Shown: positions 1 through 12,538, counted from the stretch's first letter. The stretch is DNA of 64,000 nucleotides from Octopus vulgaris (GCA_951406725.2 OX597815.1:24800001-24864000); one strand, 5' to 3'. The notes: generated by a model from the sequence alone, not told the origin. Numbers and translations: made by a program.

Positions 1-1289
1 CATATATATTCTCCGATTGTTTTGGAAACTTAAATATTTAATGCTACTGACATGTGGAAGCATCATTATGAGAAATGTGTACGAGAAAAACCATACACAA
101 CAATTTCATCTATTATCTGTGACTATGTGTCAAAATATAATCATAATGAGTAAAACTTTTACTAAAAGCGATTACCTCAACATTCACACCATACAACATT
201 CAAATACCATTAAACTCTGTCGTTCAGTTTTATCTGTTAACCTAGAAAAAAATATTCGTCATCACCATCATTTCACATCTACTTTTTTATGCTTGCATGG
301 ATCAGATGGAATTTGCTGAACCAGATTTTCTGTAGCTGGATGTTACTGATAATGCTGCTCAGTTATAACCATTCCATGATATCAGACAAAGGTACACAGT
401 ACAAACAAACACACACTTGTGCACATACACACATAGACACACACACACACATATATAAACATATTACAAGCTTCTTCCAGTTTTCATCTACCAAATCCAC
501 TTACAAGACTTTGGTAAGCCTAGTGCTATAGTAGAAGACACTTGCCCTAGGTGTCATGGTGTAGAACTGAACCAGAGACCTCATGGTTAGGAATCAAGCT
601 TTTCAACCACACTTGCAGATATAGTTATTCCTTTCCTTGTATTAATGGGGGAAAATTAAAGCCATTTTCAATATCAAGTAACATCAATTAGTGTTTGGAA
701 ATCTTATAGTATATTTTGCAAAATCCTGGAACAACTTGTTAGAAGATCACCTTTGATTTTCTATGTAATACTCTATATCACTTTTCCTGTGTCTCTGGAA
801 TCTCTGCATAGATTTGCAGCCCAGTAAATATGTATCCAAACAAATAAGTAATACCAGAAATTAATGTGTTAATTGAATATTAAATTAAAATTTATTCTCG
901 CTCCTTCCATTAAACAATTTTCTTCTTCAATGGACCTGGGCCTGCAAGAAGTGCATCCAACATAGGAAATCTATAATAAGCCCAAAATTTTTCTTTTTTT
1001 TTTCCTTCCACTTACATTAGATAATAACACACACACACAAAATAAACATTGTTGTTTTGTAACCTCAATCAATACCACCTTTTCCCCTACCATGAGTGTT
1101 GTTGTGTCTATAAAAAGCTTAATTTTACAAGACTAAGTTTACCTAGCTGTCAGATATGAATATCAGATCTTGGGAAACTGTCGGCAATAGATTGGCATTT
1201 AATCCACAAAAAGCACTGACATTTCATCCACTTGATGCTTTCAAATCCATGAGATAATCATCAAATTTATAAGTCCAGATGACTCAAGG

Positions 1290-1550
1290 AAATATTTATC
1301 ACTTAATTTGGATTATGTAGAGAACTGAAGATGGGCAATGAGAAAATTAGGAGTGGAGGAACAGTTGGTTAAAATAATGATATTGATCTAAGAGAGTGCA
1401 AATACACAATCATAAAACTGAAGGACAGGAATAACAATGAGTTTGATGTTGAAGACTAGAGTGAATCAAGGGTTAAATATTAAACCCATTACTACTTGTA
1501 GTTGTAATGGAGGTCAAATGGAGGGTTTACCTCAGGAGTGGTTATATGCA
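1290..1550 (+). mobile_element. Highly decayed RTE-type reverse transcriptase fragment
   Basis: Sequence near 1450-1512 resembles a degenerate VKVGVHQGSVLSPLLFxxVME motif. Confidence 0.35.
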
Positions 1551-1557
1551 TGGCAGT

Positions 1558-2065
1558 CATCATCATCATCATCATCATCGTTTAACGTCCGCTTTCCATG
1601 TTAGCATGGGTTGGATGAATGACTGAGGGCTGGCGAACCAGATGGCTGCACCAGGCTTCAATCTTGATCTGGCAGAGTTTCTACAGCTGGATGCCCTTCC
1701 TAACGCCAACCACTCTGAGAGTGTAGAGGGTGCTTTTACATGCCACTGCCACGGGGGCTAGTCAGGCGGTACTGGCAACGACCTTGCACAAATCTTTTAC
1801 ACATGCCACTGACACAGGTGCCAGTAAGGCAATGCTGGTAATGATCACACTCGAATGGTGCCTTATATGTTCCACCGGCATGGAGGCCAGTTAGCCGCTC
1901 TGGCAATGATCACACTTGGATGGTGCTCTTAATACCCTACTAGCACGGGGCCCAAGTGCCAGTAGTGCGATGCTGGTAACGATCACACTCGAATGGTGCC
2001 TTTTAAGTGCCACTGGCACAGAGGCCGGTTTGCCGCTCTGTCAAGGATCACACTCGTATGGTGGT
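1558..2065 (-). mobile_element. RTE LINE 3' end with (GAT)n tail and internal ~65-bp tandem units
   Basis: Same family as 14375-15076 and 60677-61482. It starts with (CAT)n on the + strand and has repeated GGTGCC/TTTTAYRTGCCACYGGCA units. Confidence 0.85.
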
Positions 2066-2199
2066 GGTTAAAAATCTTACTTTGTAACCATGTGATTTTG
2101 GATTCACTCTCATTGTGCCTCCTCATGTGAAAATGTCTTCTACTATAGAATCAACCAAAGAGGGATGAAGAGACTGTGAAAGACCAAAGCGACAACTGT

Positions 2200-2385
2200 T
2201 CCTGTGCACTGACACAACACCCAAAATGTTACTTGAGAGGATGAAGGATAATGAAATAGAGATATACATTATAAACTTGCAGAAAAGTGCCATCCTATAT
2301 TCTGCAAGAATTGTAAGAAAGATTCTTGAGCCTTGAGATTTGTTGTCACCAAAGCTCAAGGCAACATCCCTGCAAACTATAAAAT
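2200..2385 (+). mobile_element. Restriction-like-endonuclease (R4/Dong-like) LINE C-terminal remnant
   Basis: Translates ...IINLQKSAILYSARIVRKILEP*, the typical C-terminal motif of RLE-type LINEs. Confidence 0.55.
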
Positions 2386-2390
2386 AGCTT

Positions 2391-2570
2391 CATCATCATC
2401 ATCATCGTTTAACGTCCGTTCTCCATGCTAGCATGGGTTGGACGGTTTGACCGGGGATCTGGGAAGCCAGAAGGCTGCACCAGGCTCCGGTCTTATCTGA
2501 CAATGTTTCTACAGCTGGATGCCCTTCCTAACGCCAACCACTCCGTGAGTGTAGTGGGTGCTTTTACATT
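2391..2570 (-). mobile_element. RTE LINE 3' end, short copy
   Basis: (CAT)n-CGTTTAACGTCC...GGATGCCCTTCCTAACGCCAACC family sequence. Confidence 0.85.
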
Positions 2571-2789
2571 CAAATAAAATTGTTTGTTGCATAAGTACAG
2601 GGTCTAAAAGTTGGGGAAGGCATTTACATGACTGGTACTTTATTTTATTCACCCTGAAAGGAGGAGAAGGAAAGTTAACCATAGTGGGATATGGACTCAC
2701 AACAGAAGGAGCCAAACCAAATAATGCAACTGTCTTTGTCCAAAGCTTTAATGATTCTGCCAATCCACCATCATCGTAAAAGTAATGAA

Positions 2790-3010
2790 ATAATAATCCT
2801 TTCTACTAAAGGTACAAGCCTGAAATTTTGGGGGAGGAGACTAGTCAATTACATTGACCCCAGTGTTTCACTGGTACTTAATTTATTGACCCTGAAAGGA
2901 TGAAAGACAAGGTCGACCTCAGCAGAATTTGAACTCAGAATGTATCAATGGACAAAATACAGCTAAGCATTTTATGCAGTGTGCTAACAATTCTGTCAGC
3001 TCATCGCCTT
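2790..3010 (-). mobile_element. SINE family C copy
   Basis: Contains the CTGGTACTTAATTTATTGACCCTGAAAGGATGAAAG...GAATTTGAACTCAGAA core shared with 9536-9897. Confidence 0.7.
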
Positions 3011-3029
3011 AGTAGTAGTAGTAGTAGTA

Positions 3030-3083
<54 letters not shown>

Positions 3084-3084
3084 G

Positions 3085-3645
3085 TAAATGCCCTGATGCA
3101 GTACCAGACAGTGGCTCTCATGGCTTCTGATCTTAACTGATTGGAAGTGTTATCATGTACATTGTTTTGTCTTGGTATAAAAGATGGGCCCTACAGCAAA
3201 TATTCTGCTCAATACCACAGATTTTCTTGTCAGTTGTTTGACCATAACCAGTTGACAATGTCCCTTAGTGGCTGATGATATGTGCATCTCTAGTCACGAG
3301 CAGAAGTAGTGGGGGAGCATCATAGCCATGTGTTGAGAGGGGTTCTTTGGGGTTTGAATAATTCACCTCTGGAAACATGGGTGTTCCTTTCAACATCCTT
3401 AAACAAACCTTATTCAGGCACCTTTTGAGCGGGATGGGTTACCTGACCAGAAGAAAATTCTGACTGGGCCCCACCTGCAAGGTCATGTGCTGTTTATCTT
3501 GATATGAGATCACCATGTCGCGCACATATGGTTGTGATGCATGTGCCTAGTGTACCCTTATCAGACGGGTAGTCATGATGGGTATACTGGGCTTCGTATA
3601 TTTTACCCCAGTGTCACTTTGATGGCATGCACTGATCTCTCACTC
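3085..3645. mobile_element. Repeat-like 560-bp segment embedded in (TAA)n, possibly the untranslated end of a Dong/R4-type LINE
   Basis: Higher-GC segment flanked on both sides by (AAT)n tracts (3031-3082 and 3646-3693). Only one copy is seen in the window. Confidence 0.45.
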
Positions 3646-3694
<49 letters not shown>

Positions 3695-5680
3695 GCAATA
3701 GACTGAGGGGAGAAAGTAGAAGATGCTGATACTGAAGAATGATTATATCTGTTACTGATTCTTGATTGATTAAAATAACTAATTTTCAGATATTGTCGCA
3801 CTATCTGCATTAATCTAAAAATTTCTAACTTATCTCAGAGCTAGATAAACTAGGATAATTAAATAAGTTACATAATGCAAGAAAGAACTTAGATTTTAAT
3901 TCTTTAGTAATAGTTTCAGTAAGTACATGATTAAACTGCTTTGCTAAAACGCTCAACTAAATCTTTTCAAATATTGTGAATAGAACTGTGTAAGATATCA
4001 ACATTTTATTGTACAGGGTTAACTCTTGGATGGCACAGATTCACATTTGTCTTGAATAACTTTGGGAAAGGAATTTACGTTACATGATTCCATTTATGTC
4101 TGCCCTCAAAATATAGTGTTCTTGGTCCTAGTCCAGAGGTGAAAAAAAACTCACATTGAGGCTTTTAAGCATGGTCTTTTAGAAGAATGGCTTTTGCATT
4201 AAGAAAAATAATAACTTGTTATTGAATACACAGCATTATATTTATTCTAATGTTCTAAAATTCTGTAAAATGCCATTAAAAACTCTCTTTATATTTTTAT
4301 TTCTTCAATATTTATAATTACATTTTTTCAACAATAAATGTAATCTTTTTCTGTATTCAATAAAATTTGCTTCAATGCAGCCAAATTAAATTATATATAA
4401 TTCTATGTAACCATTAAACATAAAAGGTTCATTGCTACTCTTTTTGTCTCTTACCAGATATGCACAAGGGAAGATTTTGTGTTCAGTACTACAAGGTATT
4501 AAAACTCAAGCAGTGAAGACAGCCTCCCAAAGGTATTTACAAGTAAGTAATTGGATTATTGAAAGATACAGCTATGAATTTGCTGTAGACACCATACAGC
4601 ACAAGTAACAAAACACAAACTGTTGACCAGCAGTCAGGCTTCTTATTGGTTCAATCAGCTGTCAAGTATTTATGTTGAATGAATATTTAACTATTCCTCA
4701 ACCTCTGAGAACCTCGCAAAATTTTGCTAAAACTGTATCACAAAGACTAGGTTTTTTTTCCTATTCAGGACTAGAAAGTACTTCAGCACTGATTTGCTTC
4801 TTACTTTCTACAGATCTTTAGTATCAGCTACATCAGAGTACTGCTCAATCATCTAGGATGGCGCAATTGCAAGATATACAAACACTCAAGATCACACTCC
4901 AAAAGAGGCCATTTAGCTGATTGATACAGATTCACTAAGCAAACAGCCATTATGCTTTCAACATGTTGGTTGTTCTAATTAATGCTACCACAATAGCTTC
5001 TGTTCTTCTGAAGTAATAAACTCTACCAACTCTAGCCAAGTATGCTCAATACACTCACCATTGCTCCACAAGCCAACAACAGAACGTCTATGTGGTCCTT
5101 TAATTGGCTAGAAATAGAAGGTGAATTTTCTTCAAATTACAGCCCTAACATTTTAAAAATGAAATAACATACTGAATAATAGAATCCCAGATACACTAGA
5201 TACACTATACTTGAATAAAATTATGGAAAGGGCATAGCCTGAGTTTTATTTATCATATGGTTGTTTGATTGAAGCTGACATAGAGTACAACAGAACATAT
5301 CTTCCTCTGGGTGTATCAGTGTGTCCTATCACTTAAATTCTTCCTTCTTAGTACTTCTCAATTCTTCATTCCAAAATTGCAGCTCTGGAACATTCTCCTT
5401 TCACATGTTATTGCTCCTACAAACAGCAATTATCAATTAACGTATGTTAGAGTTAAATATTAATGTATATGATTCATAATATATATACAGTCTTTTTATC
5501 TCCTCAGTTGAATAATTGGCAAAATTCCGTTTTCTATGTACTTTAGGCATTATATATTTATATATATGAGTGTGGTGTGTGTTCATATAAAATAACAAGA
5601 ACGGGAAAGCATAAACTTAACACATAATTCATAATTTAATTGTCCTCTACAGCTGTTTATATATCAACTCTATATGTAGA

Positions 5681-5711
<31 letters not shown>

Positions 5712-6141
5712 GTGTTACTAAGATTCTTTCACATTAAACTCATCTACTTGGGAGAGAAGGCACAAAGACCATGCCTATTGCATGCCTCACTTCCTTTTCC
5801 TTCTCTTCTAACCTAATATACAAACGTCAAAATAAACTGGTAGAGTACACTGTTACAATTATCATAGTACATCAAAATAAACAGTATTTCCATGCTGCAG
5901 TGACTTTGTACATTTTTAGTCTTATTTCTTTTACTAGTTTCATTCATTGAACACCAACTTCAAAGTGTTTTAGTCAGTCATATTGACCCAGCACTTACTT
6001 CCATCTAGTACTGATTTGATCTATTACTATCAAAAAGCCATGTTACCATTTCTTTGATATAAAATGGTGATACTGGTTCATATTGTAATAAAGTACACAA
6101 GCATATACATGTATGCATATGAGTTCACACATGTGTATATA

Positions 6142-7017
6142 CAGGGTGTGGTGAATATATTGTTGTCTAAATTATGCAAAAATGAAAATAACACTAACAT
6201 CTCCTTTTAACAAATATATTTACCAAAATTACATAAAAATATCTTGAGATACTAAAGAGTAAATTCACTCAATAAAATCACCATTGGCTTCAACCAGGGC
6301 CTCTGGACAACTTTGGAATCTCTGGCAACTCTTCTGGATGGTCTCCTTGTTTAAGCTGGTGGATGCTGCTATTATCCTTGCCTTCAGTTCATCTTTGATG
6401 TTACAAGGAGTTTTGTTGGTCTCTCACTCAACTGCACCCCACACATAATAATGAAGTGGGTTGCATTCTGGGGAATTAGGTGGCCAGATGTTAGGGGTGA
6501 TGTGGTTGCAGAAATTGTCTGATAGCCATGACTGGATTCTCCTGCTTGTGTGGCATGGTGCACAGTCCTGTTGCCACACAGGGTTTTCCAGTAGCCACCC
6601 TCATGACCCAGGGTGGCACTACTTTCTCCAGGCACTTCATGTAGGCTGCCATGTTGAGTCTGAGACCATGTGGGAAGATGAATGGATGCATAACTAGTGA
6701 TTACTCCAAACACTGTGATGTTGACTGGATGTTTGATATTTATCACTCTCTGTACATGTTTTGGGGACATGACAAGCCAATAGTTTTTTTGTATGTTCAC
6801 CATCTGTTCATATTGAGGCTTCAGGCATGAATGCCAAGCAGTACAGTATGTCGTTTCCAAATTTCTGGCAAAGTGAATTGTATCATAGTGCTGTTTTTCT
6901 CACAGATGGTGACTTACTGATCCTACTATACTGTGTAGTCAATCAAATGAAAAACAAACAATGTGTATGCACGAAATTAAAAATATAGAATGGTGACAAT
7001 TTATCCATACCACCCTG
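6142..7017 (-). mobile_element. Decayed, internally deleted Tc1/mariner-superfamily element (maT/DD37D-like)
   Basis: TA|CAGGGTG...CACCCTG|TA termini. Transposase remnants KHPVNITVFGVITS and WPPNSPECNPLHYYVWGAVE are present with frameshifts. Confidence 0.8.
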
Positions 7018-7270
7018 TACATGCACACACACCACACACATATACATACACGTATGTATATAAACTTTTATATATAAATATATATACACACATGCACACA
7101 CACACATATACATACACATACTTATATAAACTTACATATAAATATACATACATATACATGCATACATATATATGTCCTCATATATACTTATACATATACA
7201 CATGCATGTATACATTCATATATATATATCATCATCATCATCGTTTAATGCCTGTTTTCCATGCTAGCAT

Positions 7271-7305
<35 letters not shown>

Positions 7306-7736
7306 CATACATACATACATACACAAATACATATACACATGCACTACATGCATACACACAAACGTCTGTACATGCACAAGTATACATACGTGCATGAATA
7401 CACACAATACATATGTGTGTGTGTTTGAGCATGAAAAGCAAGAAAATTGAAGTGTATATCTCTCACAGCAAAACTAATTTCGTTCATCAGACCTATCACA
7501 AACTAAAATTATTTATCCAGATATTCATAACATGCTAGTCTTGTACAATTACAATTTCTAGACTGTTATCTATTTGAAAAAAAATAGATAGACAAATGTT
7601 AGTAAAGTTAAATGTTTTGCCTATAACTAAATGTAAAAGAAAATGAATGTAAAATATTTGCATAATTTCACATCCAGACAACTTAACTTCATATATGTAA
7701 ACCTATATAGTAGACATAGAGACATGTCAATTTTAC

Positions 7737-7912
7737 CTCTCTCTGTAGATTGAAAAATGGCTTAATGGATTTTCAACAAAGATTGGGATCTCATCCAAGG
7801 TGTACTTGTACTTACTTGTGGCGACATTCACCCTGGGCGGGTTGAGTCGGCTTCTTCTACCATGGAAGAAGTTTCGTGGGAACATGAGGATTTCACAAGC
7901 GGTCCCCAACAT
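7737..7912 (-). CDS. Candidate alternative first coding exon of ITPR (58 codons + 2 nt; exon possibly 8203-7737)
   Basis: Unique GC-rich block in an AT-rich intron. The ATG at 7912 opens MLGTACEILMFPRNFFHGRRSRLNPPRVNVATSKYKYTLDEIPIFVENPLSHFSIYRE and the frame ends at an AG|GTAAAA phase-2 donor. A TTACAG acceptor precedes 8203. No homology recognised. Confidence 0.45.
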
Positions 7913-8225
7913 TCCCGCATATTGTCCGCAGATACAGGGACAGAACGACGAGGAGCCACCAGGTGCCGAAACAGACACTCCAAGGATTTTGACTAGAGCT
8001 CCGTCTGCCGGGTTGTGGCCCTAATACTACTCGGTGTCAGACCACTCTGCCTTTGGTGGCCCTACCAGGAACCGAAGTTCCTGACGGCATAGCTCTGACA
8101 CTACCCATTGCCAGCGTCCCAACCACAGTGAGAAGGGGATGGATTTTGGGGACATCCAAGGTGTCATGTCATTTGAACAATACCAGAGAAACAGGCAACC
8201 AGTCTGTAATATATACGAGGGGATA

Positions 8226-8442
8226 CTCTTTTACTCGTTTCAGTCATTTGACTATGGCCATGCTGGAGCACCCTCTTTTAGTCGAGCAAATCGACCCCAG
8301 GATTTATTCTTTGTAAGCTTAGTACTTATTCTATCAGTCTCTTTTGTAGAACCACTACGTTACGGGGATGGAAACACACCAGCATCGGTTGTCAGGCAAT
8401 GTTGGGGGGACAAACACAGACACACAAACATATACACACACT

Positions 8443-8486
<44 letters not shown>

Positions 8487-8620
8487 CATATATATGACAG
8501 GCTTCCTTCAGTTTCCATTCCGTCTACCAAATCCACTCACAAGGTTTTGGTCGGCCCGAGGCTATAGTAGAAGACCCTTGCTCAAGGTGCCATGCAGTGG
8601 GACTGAACCCGAAACCATGT
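8226..8620 (-). mobile_element. tRNA-derived SINE family B, 5' truncated
   Basis: Near-identical to 61826-62222, with B-box GGTTCAGTCCC on the minus strand and an internal (TA)n. Confidence 0.85.
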
Positions 8621-9407
8621 TGCTGGCCTTGTGCCAGTATTTCTTCCAGCTTTACATTCAGTGTTCAAATTCCATGAAAGCCAGCTTTGCTTTTCATCCT
8701 TAAGGAGTCAATAAAATAAAGTACCAGCTGAACACTAGAACTGATGTAATTGACTTCTCACCTCCCTTAAAAATTGCTGGCCTTGTGCCAAAATCTGAAA
8801 CCATCATTATTATTATCATTACTATTAGTATTTGGGCTCAGGTCCACAAATATGTATGAGGCAGGAATGTGATTTTGGAGGTGGTCATACCATTCTTAAT
8901 GGTATTCATGGTGTAAGAAACCAGATTCAGTCATAAATCAAAACTTTCTACTTGTTTCTTACTAGTTTTAAAACATCCTTTTCTTGTGACAGCTTGGCTC
9001 ATTAAAAAATCAATTAAGACATCAGAAACTATTGTTTCTAATTAGTGAAACACAAAGGAAGAAGAAAGTTTTTGAACATTAATGCAAACAAATAAGACTG
9101 CAAATTTAAATTCTAATCTGTGATTAAAATAACAAATTAGATTACCATGCTTATCCCTTTAATCCAGTTTCCCAACAATAATCCAATACCAATTCAGGTT
9201 GATGGTTTTGAAACAAGTTTACAATCAAGTTTACTTTGAAACAGAAACTATTTAACTATTTCAGGTATCACATGAATATTTAAGTGTCATTGTGCACTTG
9301 TATAACAAACTCAATGTCATTATTACACTGCTTTCAATGCAGTTATAAAAATAACCTTCCTATACTCACAGATACACACAAACATACATGGGATACACTT
9401 AAGGCAT

Positions 9408-9446
<39 letters not shown>

Positions 9447-9535
9447 ATATTTTTATCAAATCATGATTACATGTATGTATACATGAGTGTGGATTCGTGT
9501 ATTATTTAGGGAGATTATTCGTTATCTCCAACTAT

Positions 9536-9897
9536 ATATTTCTTTACTACCCACAAGGGGTTAAACACAGAGGGGACAAACAAGGACAGACAAACGGATT
9601 AAGTTGATTACATTGACCCCCAGTGCATTACTGGTACTTAATTTATCGACCCCGAAAGGATGAAAGGCAAAGTCAACCTCGGCGGAATTTGAACTCAGAA
9701 TGTAGCGGCAGACAAAATACCTATTTCTTTACTACTCACAAGGGGCTAAACACAGAGAGGACAAACAAGGACAGACAAATGGATTAAGTCGATTACATTG
9801 ACATCAGTGCGTTACTGGTACTTAATTTATCGACCCCGAAAGGATGAAAGGCAAAGTCGACCTCGGCGGAATTTGAACCCAGAACGTAACGGCAGAC
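9536..9897 (-). mobile_element. SINE family C, head-to-tail tandem dimer of ~184-bp units
   Basis: TATTTCTTTACTACCCACAAGGGG...GAATTTGAACTCAGAA occurs twice in a row. Confidence 0.85.
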
Positions 9898-11195
9898 GGT
9901 GTAAACAGGTGAAAATATGTTTTTGCGTATGTGTGTTTATGACAAATTATAGTCACACTTTTCATATATGTAATAAGTGCCAATTGGATAAATGTAACAC
10001 AGATGCATATGATTAACATATAAAGTAAGTGCTATACAAGAAAGTGACAAAAAAATGAAAGAAAGAAAGAATGTAGTGATTTAATTGATACGGTGATTTA
10101 TATATGAAATACCAGCACTACCTTGATTGTAAAATGTAGTACTCTATAGCATATAGATTGAGTTAATATTTATAGATTTGATACATAGTTGTGAATAAAA
10201 TATGGCTGTATGGAGCTGCAGTTCCCTTTGTAACCACATATCTTAATTTTTATTGCACAGCATGATACATGGACAAGTGTCTTCTACTGTAGCCTCAAGC
10301 CAATCAATGACATGTAAGTAGGATTGGTGGGTAGAAACTATATAGAGGCCTGTCATACATTCATATGTACACAGACACACACACACACACATATATATAT
10401 ACATGCATACATATAAACATACATGTGTGTATGTGCATTTGTGTGCATATGTGTGCATGTATATGTTTGCACAAGTGTGTCAGTGTGAATATTTGCATTC
10501 CGTATCTTTGCAGGAAAGTGTTGAACAAAGAAACAGTGATTTATTTTTGTTTTGCATTTAGTTATAGTGACATTCCCAGTCAACAAATTCTTGTATAGCT
10601 CAGCACATTTGAAGACAAGTGGAATAAATAAAAAAAATTTAAAAAACAGGTAAGGGTTAGTGACATGAAAGTTATCAAAATGCAAAAATACTGTCTTGAT
10701 TGTAGGTATTTATCCAACCCATGCTACTGTATAAATATGACATAAAATAAATGAATGAACAAACAAACCCACCATAATTTTTGCATTGTACAATTATATA
10801 ATTGAGATAGATCACAATACAAGAATATGTGAAAATTTAACGATAATTAACATAAAACTAATTATGTTCCTACAACTCACTAAAAGAGGATAGGTAATAA
10901 AATATTTAAAACCATAAAAATTCCATACTCATGAATATGAATATGTAATGTTTGCTGTGTCAAATTTCTATGGAAGCCACTATTACAAGCTGTCAGCAAT
11001 CAAAATACATGATCAACTTTATTACTTTATCTGTTCTCATTAAAAAAATACACTATGATATTTATAGAAAAATACCTTTGGGATAAGTATCAAAAATATT
11101 ACTGACTTTGAATAAATCAACACAATTCAACGCATAAAATATTGGTGCAATTTTCCTATCAAAATCCCAGCTAAATGCCAACACAACCATCCCAA

Positions 11196-11370
11196 CATAA
11201 CCTCGTGGCCTATGCCAGGGGCGTAACCAGCCCACTTATGCGTACCTTTTCCTTCTTTGGACACTAAACTCTGCTTGTGAAGATCTGTTGAGGCAAATGA
11301 AATCCAAATCCAAATCAAATTCAAATTCGATGACTGGTATCCGTGCTAGCGGGGTGCAAAGAGCACCATT
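11196..11370 (+). mobile_element. RTE LINE 3'UTR internal fragment
   Basis: Reverse-complement match to ~61190-61345. Confidence 0.75.
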
Positions 11371-11372
11371 CC

Positions 11373-11730
11373 TTTACAAGGAATAAAATTCACAGTTATA
11401 AGGAATAAAATAGAAGAATAAAGAATAATATATTTAGAAGAATATAGGCAGGAGAATAATGTTCACAATTTATCTTTTTCCAGATAATATGGATGTTGGT
11501 TGGTACTTCAATGAAGGTACAGTGTTTTGGTTTTTACCTGGAATTTTAACTAAAAACCTGTACCTTCATGGAAGTACCGACCAACATCTATATACTCTGG
11601 AAAAAGATGAGTTGTAAACATTATTCTGCTGCCTGTATTCTTTTAACTACTTTTACTCTTTATTCTTTTATTTTACTCCTTTATTCTTCTATTTTATTCC
11701 TTATAAACTGTAAACTTTATTCCTTGTAAA
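11373..11730. repeat. ~360-bp imperfect palindrome, probably an inverted Penelope-type terminal repeat
   Basis: The left arm TTTACAAGGAATAAA...GGTACTTCAATGAAGGTACAG pairs with the right arm CTGTACCTTCATGGAAGTACC...TTTATTCCTTGTAAA. Confidence 0.85.
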
Positions 11731-11765
11731 ATGTAAATTTTCCCTGTCTAAAATATTCATAGCTT

Positions 11766-11841
11766 GTCTCTGATGATGGAATACTCAGTGCATGATCATG
11801 TTAACCAGCCAGTTGTGTTATCCCAGAAACGGCTATAAGAC
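11766..11841 (+). ncRNA. Type I hammerhead ribozyme-like motif, decayed
   Basis: GTCT-CTGATGA-(TGGAATA...TATCCCA)-GAAAC-GGCT-ATA-AGAC. Core boxes, stem I and stem II are present but stem III is mismatched. Confidence 0.65.
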
Positions 11842-12538
11842 GTCAAATTCACCTTACCCTAATTAAAGTATTCTAAATGACTCGATATACTTGTTCTGCT
11901 TAGTTTTGATTTTTTCTCTAATATAATATATACCTGCAATAATGGAACCCTAAAATGGATCCCTAGATTCAGCCTTAACTGTGATCTTGGAACCTAACGG
12001 TCGACCAGCTACAGCACTTACAAAGTATACCTATTCGTTTAGATCACAAGTGAACTAAACCCCTCATATTATATATATATATATATATATACATATATAA
12101 TATTTTATATTGGATTGGATGAAGTGTGATTTTTACATTCTTCATACTGATCTAATTCTGAAACGCGTCCACAGGTAATCACATACTGAGTGAATTTCGT
12201 TGTTTTTCCTCTCTGTCTATGTGGGTTGTTTTGAGTATTTGCTGTCCGGGAGTTTCTTCTTATAGTAGAAGAAATAGCCAAGGTTCTTTGGCTGCTATTT
12301 CTAAGCAAAGTTTTGCTGAACCCTAATTATAATTATACTCATAATTATAAAATATTGTTTAAGTTTACCGAAAAATGGTCCTTTTAACATGCCAAATACT
12401 ACTTAGTGGAATTATTAATTACTAGTTAATTAATTAATTTTACCCTTTATTATTACTGATTATATATATATATATATATACGTTTAAATATTTGTTGTGC
12501 AAGATTTTTTATGTGAAGTCGTGACCATTCCGAAATAT

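Noticed and set aside
7800-8024. Plus-strand 74-aa ORF after a CTCTGTAG acceptor-like site
   Set aside because: No recognisable homology and no upstream + strand gene. The minus-strand reading fits the ITPR strand and phase better, though this one cannot be fully excluded.
8164-8203. Phase-2 reading G-LVACFSGIVQMT* as ITPR exon 2 (LVDDRCVVQP)
   Set aside because: Only LV and VQ match, the conserved DDRC is missing and a stop follows at once.
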